NCBI RefSeq assembly: GCF_009914755.1
Contig: NC_060930.1
Length of the DNA stretch: 64,000 bases
Source of the DNA: the human T2T-CHM13v2.0 reference genome, Homo sapiens
Strand: one strand, 5' to 3'
Positions 1 to 12,843 of the stretch are shown here, piece by piece. The first letter of the stretch is position 1, and each line of letters begins with the position of its first letter. The notes below the pieces were generated by a model, which was given only the letters and a program-made list of their open reading frames with translations, had not been told where the DNA came from and did no database searches. The position numbers and the translations under genes were made by a program.

Positions 1-205
1 TGTGAGAGTGATCGAGGAGAATAGGGATAAAAGATTTTGAAGAAACTAATAAGTCTCAAAATTCTAAGTACAATTTTGGTGTAAAGTTTTCCAGCTCTGA
101 AACTACTCTAGGTCTCCAGGTAGTGGAGAGTCACTGCATGTAATCTGTAGCCACATAGGGTTTGGGAAAGTAGGAATTAAAGCAGCACTCTAACTGCTTG
201 GGGGC

Positions 206-564
206 TATATTAGTTCATTTTCATACTGCTATAAAGAACTGCATGAGACTGGGTAATTTATAAAGGAAAGAGGTTTAATTGACTCACAGTTACACATGAC
301 TGGAGAGGCCTCAGGAAACTTACAATCATGGTGGAAGGCACCTCTTCACAGGGCGGCAAGAGAGAGAATGAGTGTCAGCAGGGAAAATGCTAAATGCTTA
401 TAAAACCATCAGATCTTATGAGAACTCACTATAATGAGAACAGCATGAGGGAAACTGCCCCCATGATTCACTTACCTCCCATCAGGTCCCTCCAAGACAC
501 ATGGATACTGTGGGGATTACAATTCAAGATGAGATTTGGGCAGGAACACAGCCAAATCTTATCA
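206..564 (-). mobile_element. MaLR solo LTR (THE1D/MSTA-like)
   Basis: Reverse complement of the THE1/MST LTR (tatattagttcattttcatactgctataaag ... cagccaaatcttatca); perfect 5-bp TSD GGGGC at 201-205 and 565-569. Confidence 0.9.
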
Positions 565-1549
565 GGGGCATTGGTTATTGTCTATAGTTGACTCAAGTGT
601 GTGTCTTTCTAGGGTCCCTGAAATGCAATACATGACTGGTAAACTTTTTTTTTCCTTATCAGTATTTTCTGCTTTGGACTGGAATATAGCATCCCAAAGC
701 TCCACTTGAATTAAGTCACTAATGATGAGAATGCAAGGGATTAATGATGCTGTACTTGCTGCCACTGGAAGAATTAAGGGAATGATCCTGAAGAAATTAT
801 TTAAAGCAGAGCTACATCTCAGACATCCAGTATGTATTAAAAAATTGAAGTTGGGTGACAATAAATATGCCAATAAACAAATGTCTACCCATGCTAAACT
901 TTGACCCTAGTTAAAAAATGATAGTTTTTAAAGAAATGTATAAGGCCAGTAAAAATTCCTTAGAAGATGAATTAATGAATAAAAAGAAGTTAAATGACTT
1001 TATCATAAAGTAATTAATAACCAATATGCATTATTTGTAAAATGTGGGTTATTTAATAAATCAAACTGAAGTAACTATCAAACTTTAGAAATTTTTCATC
1101 ACATGCTTAACAAATTATTAAATTTAAGGCATTAGAGTGAATAGGCAAACTTAAAACTCATTAAGCTCCATAATTCTATAATCCAATAAATTAATTCTGC
1201 AAATCCGCACAATATAAAAATAGTACCTATGTGATAAAATAACACAAAAATAAGGATACAACTAGATTTATAGCATAATAATTATTCATTATATTATAAG
1301 ACTCTCTCAATGTAGAGAAATTCCTAAGAAAGCTGTACAACTATTCCTGAGAATCAGGTAAGGATCAAAATTGTAAATTGGTTTAAACTTCGTATTTTAA
1401 TAGGAAATAACTGGACGACAGGACTCAAATACCTGACTTCTAATACTGTTATCTTTCCTAATACAATTATATGTATACTTCAAAATAAATCAGTTGGCCT
1501 ACCAGTAGCTTTAATATTTTCCTGAGCTATAAATATTTTTAACTTCCTC

Positions 1550-1870
1550 TTTCAATCATTATTTTCATTTAACCACCTTTTATGGAGCAAAAGTGGTCTT
1601 CCTAGCACAAATGCTAGCCTTGGGATCGTAAAGATGACTAATAGATTCTGCCCTCACTGAGCTGGAAGTCTGGAAAAGATAATAACAGATTTATAAATGT
1701 AGTTCTATGTTAAAAAATCAACAAATTAAGCATATATAACAGATAACTGAGGGTAGTGGACAACTCTACTTGGTAAAATGAGAAAAATCTTAATAGAGAA
1801 GGGGCTACTTGAATGAAATGTGATCAAAGTGAGCAAAACTGATCAGCTGCAGTGATAGTGTGTAAGTTGG
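1550..1870 (-). mobile_element. Degraded L2 3' fragment
   Basis: Weak resemblance to the reverse-complemented L2 tail (tcattattttcatttaac..., ctgccctcactgagct). Confidence 0.35.
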
Positions 1871-2189
1871 TTGTGGGTTTGTTTGGGAAGCTTGAAGGTA
1901 GAGAAAATCTGTTGGATGGCCATTGTAGTTGTCTATGAAAGCATTTTTAAAGATTTTGTTATCTTCACGTTTACAATACTTCAGTGGTTTCCCAAAACCA
2001 ATGAAAGAAGAGTAATCCTTTTTATGACAACGTGCCAGCTTCTGAGTCTGAAAACCTACCTTGCCAGTGTAAACTCTCAACACAATGGCCCTCAAACATC
2101 TTACTATCACAATAACAAAATACTTTTTCTTCAAAACCTAATACATAGATTCAATTCAACCTATAACATGTAGATAAATATTTCCTATA

Positions 2190-2633
2190 TGTTATAGGTT
2201 GAATTGAGTCTCTTTTCCAAAATACATGTTGAAGCCCTAACCACCCGGACCTTGGAATGACTTGAAAATAGGGGCATTGTGGATACAATTAGTTAAGTTA
2301 AGATGGAGTTTACTGGATTAACATAGACCCTTAACCCAATACAACTGGTGTTTTTATGAAAAAATGGCCACATGACACAGAGAACAAGCAGAACATCAGG
2401 TGATAATGTAGATGGGGATTGGTAAGTCAAGGAACATCAATATTTCTGACAATAATAGAAGCAAAGAAAAAGGTAAGGAGCAGATTATCTTGTAGAAGCT
2501 TGGAGAGAGCTGGCCTTACCAAGACCTTAATTTTAGACTTCTAAACTCAAAAACTGTGAAAGAACATATTTCTGTTGTTTTAAGCCCTGTAGTTTGTGGG
2601 ATTTTGTTCAAGCAGCCCTAGGAAAGTAATTCG
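2190..2633 (+). mobile_element. MLT1-family solo LTR
   Basis: Starts tgttataggttgaatt, ends tttaagccctgtagtttgtggg...gcagccctaggaaagtaa; degenerate TSD ctata/ctatc. Confidence 0.8.
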
Positions 2634-2669
2634 CTATCCTAACGCAACAATAAATATAGAACCCAATAT

Positions 2670-3330
2670 AATAGAGCAAAAATTTGAACAAACTCTTCAC
2701 ACACACATTTATACCAATGGTCAATATGTGCATTAAAAGATACTAAACATTACTGGTATCAAGAAAATATCAGTTAAAAACCAAAGCAACATACCACTAT
2801 ATCTCCACTTGAATGGCTAAAATGTAATAAGATTTAAAATACCAAATGTTAGAGAAGATGTTGTAAAACCAGAAATTGCCAACATATCTGAGAGAAGGTA
2901 AAATGTTACAACTTCATTGGTAAAGAAACTTGTCAGTTACTTAAAATTGTTAAATATCAGCTTTAATTATAAGAGGCAAAAACTGCAAACGATGCAGCTA
3001 TCCATCAACAGGAAAATTGATAAACTGTGTCACTGTCACAAAATAAAATACCACTCCAAAATTAAAAGGAGTAAACTACTGATGCATGCAACACCAATTG
3101 ATCTCAAGAGTATTATGCTGAGTAAAAGGAGCTAGACACAAGAAGTGTATACTACATGATTCTATGTACATGAAATTGCAGAATCAGGAAAACTAATCTT
3201 TGTTGATAGATAACACATCAGCAGAGGAGCAGATTAGTGGAAAGGAGGAATGAATAAATGTATTGGGGTGATGGAAATGTTCCAATCTTAATATGCAATT
3301 ATCAAAATTGAATGAAAACACATTTACGAT
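2670..3330 (+). mobile_element. Old L1M (L1ME-like) 3' fragment
   Basis: L1 3' motifs: tatccatcaacagg, attatgctgagtaaaagg, ggggtgatggaaatgttc. Confidence 0.65.
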
Positions 3331-4336
3331 ATATAAATCATGTATAAGATATATATAAGTTGTGTATAAATTACATATAAGATGAATAAATAATTAGATA
3401 AACCAAAGAATCAATAACTTTTTAAAATAAAACAAAACAAATGATAGAAAGAATTCCATTTTTTTTAAAAAAAACCTTAATTTTAGAATTCTAAACACCA
3501 GACCAGTGAAAGAGTATATATCTCTCTGTTGAATAAAAGCAAGATTATGTCCAAAGGTGCTAAAATTTTTAAATAAAGAAAATTTTCTGGTTTATAGTGA
3601 ATTATAAATTACAAGCCTTTGTGAAGTGAGTTTTTTTATGAATTAGGAAGTTTTAAGATGGCCCTATGAAAAGAAATTTTTTCCTATGTTTGCCTAACAT
3701 AAACATAACTGTCACAAGACATATAAATATGATAAAGTGGGTTTTTTTTTTTTGCACATGCTAGGGGTAAAGGAAGAAGAAAGATTGATGTTCTTAAGAG
3801 AAAGAAATCATTAAGTATTTAGAAAACTGGAAAAGGATTCAAGAAGAAAATGTACACTGGTAGAAATCAAAAAAAGCAAAAATGAAGAAAGAGTACTTGG
3901 CAAGTGTTCACCCTTATTATAGATTTTCATTCATAATGAATATAACATTTTGGGAGAACAGTGAATAGACCAGTTTCACTGAGGTAAGAGATTTGTCAAA
4001 AGAAGTAATTGAACAAAACATTTAAACAATACAATAGAGTGAAACTTTAGGGAATCAATTATCAAAATATAGAGTTTGGTCATCTGAGGGGCAGTGAAAA
4101 ATTATTGAGGATTTTTAACAGAAATGATTGTTATAAAGTATTATTTTAGGATGGTAAACTAATTTATAAATGTGAAATTATTTTGTATCAGGCACTACTC
4201 TATTAATTTTGGAAATGTAGATAATGACAGAGACTTTTGACTTGACCAAATAATACCTAATATAATATAAAGTAATTTATATTCCTTAGCTAAAGACAGA
4301 TGATCATTATATTAGTCCATCCTTTTGATTTGCTAC

Positions 4337-4451
4337 TGTATGTTGATTAAGTTTAGGTGTCAATTTTACTAGATCAAGGGATAATCAGATATCTGATAAA
4401 ATATTTTTCTAATTATGTCTGTGAGGATGTTTCCATGATAGATTTGTATGT
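4337..4451 (+). mobile_element. MLT2 LTR, 5' part (interrupted by L1 plus transduction)
   Basis: gtgtcaattttactag...tgtctgtgaggatgtttcc matches the MLT2 start; the LTR resumes at about 12844 (atttgaatcagtgactgag). Confidence 0.75.
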
Positions 4452-5575
4452 TTTTTTACTTTTTGGGTTTTGTTTTGTTTGTTTTACATACAGTATCATT
4501 TTATTCACATGAATTTCTAGAATGGGCAATCAAATATATGCTAAAAAATAAAAATAAAACTTGGCTTCTCCTTATAGGGCATTAGTATGGAGCAGGGGAA
4601 CTTTCTGGGGTGACGAAAATAGGCTGCATCTTAATACAAATGTGGGAAACACTGGAGTATCTATCCATTAAAGCTATATCATTAGGAAGTATGCATTTTA
4701 GTGGATATATGCTACCTTTCAAACCAAAACTTGTGAGAAAAGAAAGAATTGTGTTTTCATCTATTTGGTCTCAGTCCAGCTGGGTGGTCATTGTATCTGT
4801 GGGAGTCCATATCTTCCATGTTGGACATTATGAACATAACAGTTTCTCTATACAAGGGGTTTGGCTTTCCAGATGAATTAATAAATGCAATGTTCCTGTC
4901 GCAGCCACTCTGTGTGTGCCATTGCCACAAGTCTGGAGTGGCCTGCCTTTACACAGAAACCACTGATCTGGATGGTCAGGCTCTCAGAATGGTCACTTTG
5001 TAAAGGCCCATCGTCCTGCCATTGTTGTAAGGCAATGGGTCTGTCCTTAGTAGTCAGAGCATCTTAGACATCCATCCATGTTACAGGTGTGCAGAGAGCT
5101 CCTGAGTGTGGTTGAAATATCGCCTTTACTTATATGTATCATTCGTAGGATAAATGAAGTTATCTTCCTCCAAGCACCCATCCAGTTGGGAATGGACTTA
5201 AGGGTGCAAGCCTATCAGCAATGTCTGGGCAGTTCATGGCATTTGGGAGACTTGAACTTCAATGCCTACGAGGTGGGATCATGTGCTCTCCAGGTTGCCA
5301 TAGCTGTGGGTGCCCTCTGTCATCTGATTTCTGCCTTGCCGTTTCCTTCCTGCTTCACTCAAGAATCCTTCCAAGATGACTCTGAAGGGAAGCTTCTAAG
5401 TTTGTCCTCCAGCCCAAAGGAAGTCTGAAAATTCAGAAGACAATTAAAAGAAGTCCATAATTAAACTGTATTAAGTGATGAAGTTGACATAGCTTATGCA
5501 GTGGTACATATATTCTGAAATCAAAGATGTGAAGAGAAAGATTTGACCTGTCTTTCATGATGCCAATGGAGTATA
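4452..5575 (-). other. Candidate L1 3'-transduced segment with its own poly(A) tail
   Basis: T-rich tail 4451-4486; minus-strand AATAAA at about 4500-4505; lies between the L1 tail and the left TSD; contains an L1ME-like fragment (about 4490-4720, +); all three minus-strand frames have multiple stops. Confidence 0.65.
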
Positions 5576-5962
5576 TTATTATTTTTTATTTATTTATTTT
5601 TCAAATTTTAGTTTAGATTGAGGAGGTACATGTGCAGGTTTATTACCTGGGTATATTGTATGATGCTGAGGTTTGGGGTGCAAATGATTCCATCACACAG
5701 GTACTGAGTGTAGTACCCAATAGTTAGTTTTTTAACTCTTGTCCTCCTGTCTTCCTCCATTCTTTAGTAGTCACCAGTGTCTATTGTTGCCATCTTCTGT
5801 CCATGAGTAACTGATGTTTAGCTCCCACTTACAAGTGAAAACATGCAGCATTTGGTTTGCTGTTACTGCATTAATGCCAATAGTATAATGGCCTCCAGCT
5901 GTATCCATGTTGTTGCAAAGGATATAATTCCTTTACTTTGTGTGACTGTGTAGTATTTCATG

Positions 5963-6596
5963 GTGTGTGTGTGTATATATGTATATATATATATATACAT
6001 ATATACACACACACACCATATATATATATATACACACACCATATATAGATATACACACACCATATATAGATATATATACACCATATATAGATATATATAT
6101 ACACACCATATATAGATATACACACCACATACAGATATATATATCTCTCACATATATATACACATATATATACACCATGTGATATATATCTCTGAGATAT
6201 ATATATCTGAGATATATATCTCTGAGATATATATATCTGAGATATATATCTCTGAGATATATATCTCTCTCACATATATATATCTCTCATATATATATCT
6301 CTCTCACATATATATATCTCTCATATATATCTCTCACATATATATCTCTCATATATATCTCTCACATATATATATCTCAGATATATATCTCTCACATATA
6401 TATATCTCACATATATATACACACCATATATAGATATATATACACACCATATATATATATATATACACACCATATATATACACACCATATATAGATACAT
6501 ATATATTTCACATATATCTCTCACATATATATCACATATATATATCTCACATATGTGTGTGTGTGTGTGTGTATATGTGTGTGTATATATATATCA
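5963..6596. repeat. Complex (TA/CA/GA) micro/minisatellite, about 630 bp
   Basis: Directly visible; includes 15-bp units gagatatatatctct / gagatatatatatct. Confidence 0.95.
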
Positions 6597-6728
6597 CATT
6601 TTATTCACTCAGTCCACTGTTGATGAGCACCTTGGTTGACTCAGGTCTTTGCTATTGTGAATACTGCTGTGATGAATATGCAGCTGCATGTGTCTTCTTG
6701 GTAGAACAAATTTCTGTCTTTTGGATAT

Positions 6729-7106
6729 TTATGTGTTTTGGCTGTGTCTCCACACAAATTTCATCTTGAATTGTAGTTCCCATAATCCCCACATGTTGTG
6801 AGAGGGACCCACTGGGAGGTAATTTAATCATGGGGGCAGCTACCCCCATGCTTCTGTTCTTGTGACAGTGAGTGAGTTCTCACAAGATATGATGGTTTTA
6901 TCACGAACTTTTCCGTCTTTTGCTAGGTACTTCTCCTTCCTGCCATCATGTGAAGAAGGATGTGTTTTCTTCCCCTTCTGTCATGATTGTAGGTTTCCTG
7001 AGGCCTCCCCAACCATGTGGAACTGTTAGTCAATTAAACCTCTTACCTTTATAAATTATCCAGTCTCAGGCAGTTCTTTATAGCAGAGTGAGAATGTACT
7101 AATACA
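6729..7106 (+). mobile_element. THE1D-like solo LTR nested in L1
   Basis: ttggctgtgtctccacacaaat ... aattaaacctctt ... tactaataca; perfect TSD GATAT at 6724-6728 and 7107-7111. Confidence 0.9.
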
Positions 7107-10100
7107 GATATATACTCAGTAATGGGATTGCAGCATCAAATGATATTAATATTTTAGTTTTAGGCTTTTTGAGAAATCTCAAAACTGTTTTCCACAGTGG
7201 CTAAACAAATTTACATTCCTGCCAACAGTGTGTAAGTGTTCCCTTTTCTCTGCAGTCTCATCAGCATTATCTGCAGTTTTTCTGACTTTTTAATAAGAGA
7301 CATCCTGACTGGAGTGAAATGGTATCCCACTGTGGTTTTGATTTGCATTTCTCTGATGATTCGTGATGTGGAACTTTTTTTATATATTGGTGGCCCACTT
7401 TTATGTATTCTTTAGAGAAGTGTCTGATTATACCTTTTGCCAATTTTTAATGGAGTTTTTTTATTTATTCACTTGTTTAAATTTCTTATAGATGCTGGTT
7501 ATTATATGTTTGTCAGGTGTGTAGTTGGCAAATATTTTCTAGCATTCTGTAGGTTGTATATTTATTCTATTGATAGTTTATTTTGCTGAGCAGAAGCTTT
7601 TAGTTTAATTTGGTCTCACTTCTCTATTTTGTTCTTGTTGAAATTGCTTTTAAGGACTTAGTCATAAATTCTTTCCAAGACAAATGTCCAGAATAGTGTT
7701 TCCTAAATTTCCTTCTAGAATTCTTATAATTTGAGGTCTTCCATTTAAATATTTAATCTCTCGAGTTCATTTTTGTATAGGGTGAAATATAGGGGTCCAA
7801 TTTAAATCTTCTGCATATGCCTAGCAAGCTATTCCACCACTGTTTATTGAGTAGGGAGTCTCTTCCCCACTGCTTATTTTTGTCATTTTCAAAAAATATC
7901 TGATAGCTTTATTGTGGTTTCTCTATTCTGTTCCAGTGGTCTGTGTGCCTATTTCTGTACCAGTACCAGGCTGTTTTGGTTACTGTAGCTTTACAGTATA
8001 GTTTGAATTCAGGTTATGTGATGCTGTTTTTGTACCAGTGCCAGGCTATTTTGGTTACTGTAGCTTTACAGTATAGAGTGAAGTCAGGTAATATGATGCC
8101 TCAGATTTTGTTCTTTTTGCTTAAGATTGCTTTGACTATTCAGGCTGATTTTGGGTTCCATATGAATTTTAGAATAGTGTTTTGTAGTTCTGTGAAAAAT
8201 GACATTGGTAGTTTGATAGGAATAGTATTGAATCTGTGGATTGCTTTGGGCAATATAGATATTTTAACAATATTGATTCTTCCAATCCTTGAGCATGGAA
8301 TGATTTTCTATTTGTTTATGTCATCTATGATTTCTTTTAGCAGTGTATTGCAGTTCTTCTTTTAAAGATCTTTCACCTCCTTAGTTATATGTATTCCTAG
8401 GTATTTTTTTTGCAGCTATTGTAAATGGAATTGTGTTATTGATTTGGCTCTCATCTCTCATTTTTATATACATACTCTATTTGTTTATAAAAGTGATGCT
8501 GATTTTATAATCTGCAACTTTAATGAAGTTGTACTGATCAGTTCCAGCAGCCTTTTGAGGGAGTCTTTAGGATTTTCTAGGTACAGAATCGTATCATATG
8601 TGAAGACAGCTAGTTTGAGTTCTTCTTATCCTTTTTGCATGCCTTTCATTTCTTTCTCTTACCTGATTGGTCTTGCTAACACTTCCAGTACTATGTTGAG
8701 TAGGTGTGGTAAAAGTTAGCATCAGAAATGCTTTTAGTTTTTGCCCATTCAGTATGATGTTGTCTGTGGGGTGATCATAGATGGCTCTTATTTTGAGGTA
8801 TGTTCCTTCAATGCCTAGTGTCTTGATTATTTTTATCATAAAGGGATGTTGGATTTTCTGAATGCTTTTTCTGCATCTATATGGTTTTTGTTTTTATTCA
8901 GCTTATGTGATGAATAACATTTATTGATTTGTGTATGTTGAAATAATGTTACATCACAGGAATAAATAAAACCTGCTTGAATAAAGCCTACTTGATCATG
9001 GTGAATTAACTTTTTGGTGTGCTTTCCTACTTGGTTTGCTGGGATTTTGTTGAGGATTTTTGTCTGTGTTCATCAGGGATATTGACCTGTAGTATTCTTT
9101 TTTCATTATATATTTGCCAGGTTTTGGTATCAGAGTGACTCTGGCTTTGCGTAATGAGTTAGAGAGGAGACCCTCCTCCTTTATTTTTTGGAATAGTTTC
9201 AGTAGAATTGGTACAAGCTCTTCTTTGTATCTCTGGTAGAATTTAGCTGAGAATCCATCTTGTCTGGGTCTATTGGTAGATTTCTTATTATTGGTCCAGT
9301 TTCAAAACCCAATTGGTCTATGCAAGGTTTCAAATTCTTCCTATTGAACCTTGGGAGATTGTGTGTTATTAGGAATTTATCCATTTTCTCCAGATTTTTC
9401 TGGTTTGTGTGCATAAAGATGTTCATAATAGTCTCCAATGATCTTTTGTATTTTCATAGGATCATTTGTAATGTCATCTTTTTCATGTCTGATTGTACTT
9501 ATTTGTATATTGTAGAGAGTGTCTATCAATCTTGTTTATGCTTTCAAAAAACAAACTTTTGGTTTTGTTGATTCTTTGTATAATTTGGGGGTCTTAATTT
9601 TATTCAATTCTGCTCTGGTTTGGTTATTTTATTTTTTTCCTGCTAGCTTTGAGGTTACTTTGTTCTTATTTTTTCTAATTCCCCTAGATGTGATGTTGGA
9701 TAATTAATTTGAGGTTTTTCTAACTTTTTGACATAGGTATTTAATGTTACAAACCTTCCTCAACACTGTTTTTTATGTATCCCAGAGATTTTGGTATGTT
9801 GTATCTGTTTTCATTTATTTAAAATAATTTTTTAAGCTTAATTTCAATGTTAAATTTGCTGTTTATTCAAAAGTCATTCTGGAGCAAGCTGTTTAATTTT
9901 TACTATAATTAGGTGGTTCTGAGTGATCTTCTTGGTATTGATTTCTTTTTTTTTTTTTTTGCACTGTGGTCTGAGAATATGGTTTGTGTGCTTTCAATTT
10001 TTTTTTAATTAATTGAGGCTTGCTTTATGGCCAAGCATTTCGTTGATATTGGATAATGTACTGTGGGCAGATAAGAAGAATGTATATTCTGTGTTTGATG

Positions 10101-11299
10101 TGTGAAAAGTTCTGTAGATGTCTAATGCTGACAGAGGGATGTTGAAGTTCCTCACTATTGTTGTGTGGTCTTCTAAGTCTTTTCATAGGTCTAGAAATAC
10201 TGCTTGTACAAATCTGGGTGCTGCAATGTTGGGTGCATATATATTTAGGATAGTTAAGTCTTCTTATTGACTTGAGCCCTTTATCATTATGTAATGCCTT
10301 TCTTTGTCTTTTTGTTGTTGTTGGTTTACAGTCTGTTTTATCTGATATAAGAGTAGTGACTCCTGATGTTTTTTTTTTTGTTTGTTTTCTGTTTGTGTGT
10401 TAGATCTTTCTCCAACCCACTACTTTTAGTCTAGGAGTGTCAATATGTGTGAGATGGGTCTCTTGAAGACAGCAGATGCATGAGTTTTTTTTTTTTTTAA
10501 TCTAACTTACCATTCTACCTTTATGTTGGGTGTTTAGAGCATTTACATCCAAATTTAATATTAATATGTGAGGTTTTGATCCTATTATGAAGTTGTTAGC
10601 TGGTTGCTTTGTAGTTTTTACTGTGTTGTTGCTTTATAGAACCTGTGAGCTATGTACTTAAGCAAGTGTTTCTGGTAGCAGGTACTGTTATTTTGTTTCC
10701 ATCTTTAGAATTCCCTTAAGAGTCTCTTGTAAGGCCGGCCTAGAGGTAATAAATTTCCTTAGTCCTTGCTTGTCTGGAAAAGATTTTATTTGATTTTTGC
10801 TTATAAAGCTTAGATGGCAGGTTATGAAATTTTTGGTTGGAATTTCCTTTCTTGAAGAATGCTGAAAATATGCTCCCAGTCTTTCCTGACTTGTCAGGTT
10901 TCTGCTGAGAAGTCTGCTGTTAGCCTGATGGGATACCCTTTGTATATCATCTGCCCTTTTTCTCTAGCTGTCTTTAAGATTTTTTCTTTAACGTTGACCT
11001 TGGACAGTCTGGTGAGCGTATGCCTTGGTGATGTTTATTTTTTATAGAATATTGCAGGTGTCTCTGGATTTCTTGTATCTGAATGTTTACCTCTCTAGCA
11101 AAATTAGAAGATTTTTAAAAATTGTTTCCTTAAATATGTTTTCCAGGGTGTTTTCCCTTGCTCATTCTCTCTCTTGAATGCCAATAATATGTATGTTTGA
11201 TTGCTTTATATAATCTGATATTTCTCAAAGACTTTGTTCATTAAATTTATTTTTTTTATTTTTACCCGACTTAGTTCAAAATAAATTTAATGAACAAAG

Positions 11300-12070
11300 A
11301 TGGAGATTGCCCTCCTGCACCAGAATCTTTGCACAGGAATGCTGGGGCACCTCAGGCTACAAATCCAGGTGAGCTGGTACTCTGAATACCTGGAGATTTG
11401 CCTAGGCATGAAGCAGAGAGGGCCTTGCTGCATCACAATCTATATCCAGAATGTGTGGGGCAACTCAGCCTGATGAACCAGATGAATGGGTTTTCTAAAT
11501 GCTTGGAAGTCTGCCTGGTTGTGAAGCAGATGTCTGCCTTTGTTGATGTTGGTTGACAGTCTGTTTTTATCTGATATAAGAATAGTGACCCCTGATCCTG
11601 CACCAGGATCTCTGCACAGGAAGGGCAGGGCAACTCAGGCTGCTAATCTAGGTGAATGGGTTCTCTGAATGCCTGGATATGTCCCTGGGCATGGGGCATA
11701 GGGCCTCCTGCACCAGGATCTCTGCATAGAGGGGGTGAGGTGACTGAGGTTGCTAAACCAGGCAAGCAGATTCACTGAGTGCTTAGAGATCTGCCTGAGC
11801 ACGTAACAGAGAGGGCCCCCCTGCACCAGGATCTCTGCACAGAAAGGGTGGGGCTGGTCAAGCTGCTGATCCAGGTAAGCAGGTGCTCTGAATGCCTGAA
11901 GATCTGTCTAGGCATGGAACAGAAAGAGCTCTTCTGTACCACAATTATTTCCATGAAGGGTGGAGCAGCTCAGGTTGCTGGTCCAGGCAAGTAGGTGCTC
12001 CAAATACCTGTATTTCTGTCTGGAAGTGGAGTAGAGAGGGCCCTGCTGCACCAGGATCTCAGGGGAGCAG
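11300..12070 (-). repeat. About 112-bp tandem repeat array in the old L1 5' UTR (about 7 units)
   Basis: Motif ctgcaccaggatctc recurs at 11315, 11428, 11598, 11708, 11821, 11934 and 12046. Confidence 0.85.
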
Positions 12071-12843
12071 CCTGGGGAAACCAACAATGGCACACACAGA
12101 CTGGTTCTAGGTTGCCAAGCTGGCTCTACCTGTAAGTTTTCTGCCCAGGAGAAACTGCAGCTGTAGCAGCTCTCCTCCCACCCCAGGCTGTGACAGGGGG
12201 AATACAATTTCAGCTCCTACTGCTGAGGCACTTTCCAAAGTTCTGGCTATGGAGGCCCCTATCCTACCCCAGAGTGGACATTCTAATCTCTGACCTGAGA
12301 CAAATATGCTTTTGCAACCAGAAGAATGGGTTGCCAAAGAATGGGGTCACCAAAGAATGGCTGACTTTGTATTCACCTGGATTAAAAATGGTATCCTGCT
12401 CTCAGTCCTAGGTCTGCGCCAATGTTGCAGTTTTCCCAGTGTCTTTCCATTATAGCATCTACAAGCCTCTTCCCACACTAGCTCCAGGGCTTGTGAGAAA
12501 CAAAATGTTCTCCCTCAGCTTGGGTTGCTCGGATCCCCAGTGCAAATGTGAGTCACAGAGAAAGGCTCCCTGCATCTCTTGTGTACTGGCGCTTCACTCA
12601 CTTTTGTCAGCCAGATTCCATCATAGAGACTGTTTGCCAGCAATCTCTTTCCCAAAATCTGGGTGCCCTACATGATTCTGGTGGATTCCCATATTCCTTC
12701 TTGAATTAATTGAATTTTCTTCTTGAATTTCCTTCTGTCTCTCTGAAGAATCCTGACTAATAAGCTCACAGAGTTTATCTTTATGCACTATCTTGCTACT
12801 TCCAAGTGGCAGAGGCATGCTAAAAGCCTGTAATCTACCATCA

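Larger units (their letters stand above)
5576..12843 (-). mobile_element. Near full-length old primate L1 (L1PA13-17-like), degraded, internally deleted
   Basis: 3' UTR and tail at about 5580-5960; ORF2 remnants (8594..8839 [33 protein letters not shown]); ORF1 remnant about 10700-11250; tandem-repeat 5' UTR 11300-12070; 5' end about 12840. Confidence 0.9.

Noticed and set aside
4490-5570. Processed pseudogene of a protein-coding gene
   Set aside because: All three minus-strand frames carry many stops and none resembles a protein I recognise; position and shared TSD fit an L1 3' transduction better.
5863-6769. ORFs with EIYIS/YIY repeats
   Set aside because: These are translations of a microsatellite.
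11300-12070. CRISPR-like repeat/spacer array
   Set aside because: The whole 112-bp unit is repeated with no unique spacers, it lies in an L1 5' UTR, and the DNA is primate.
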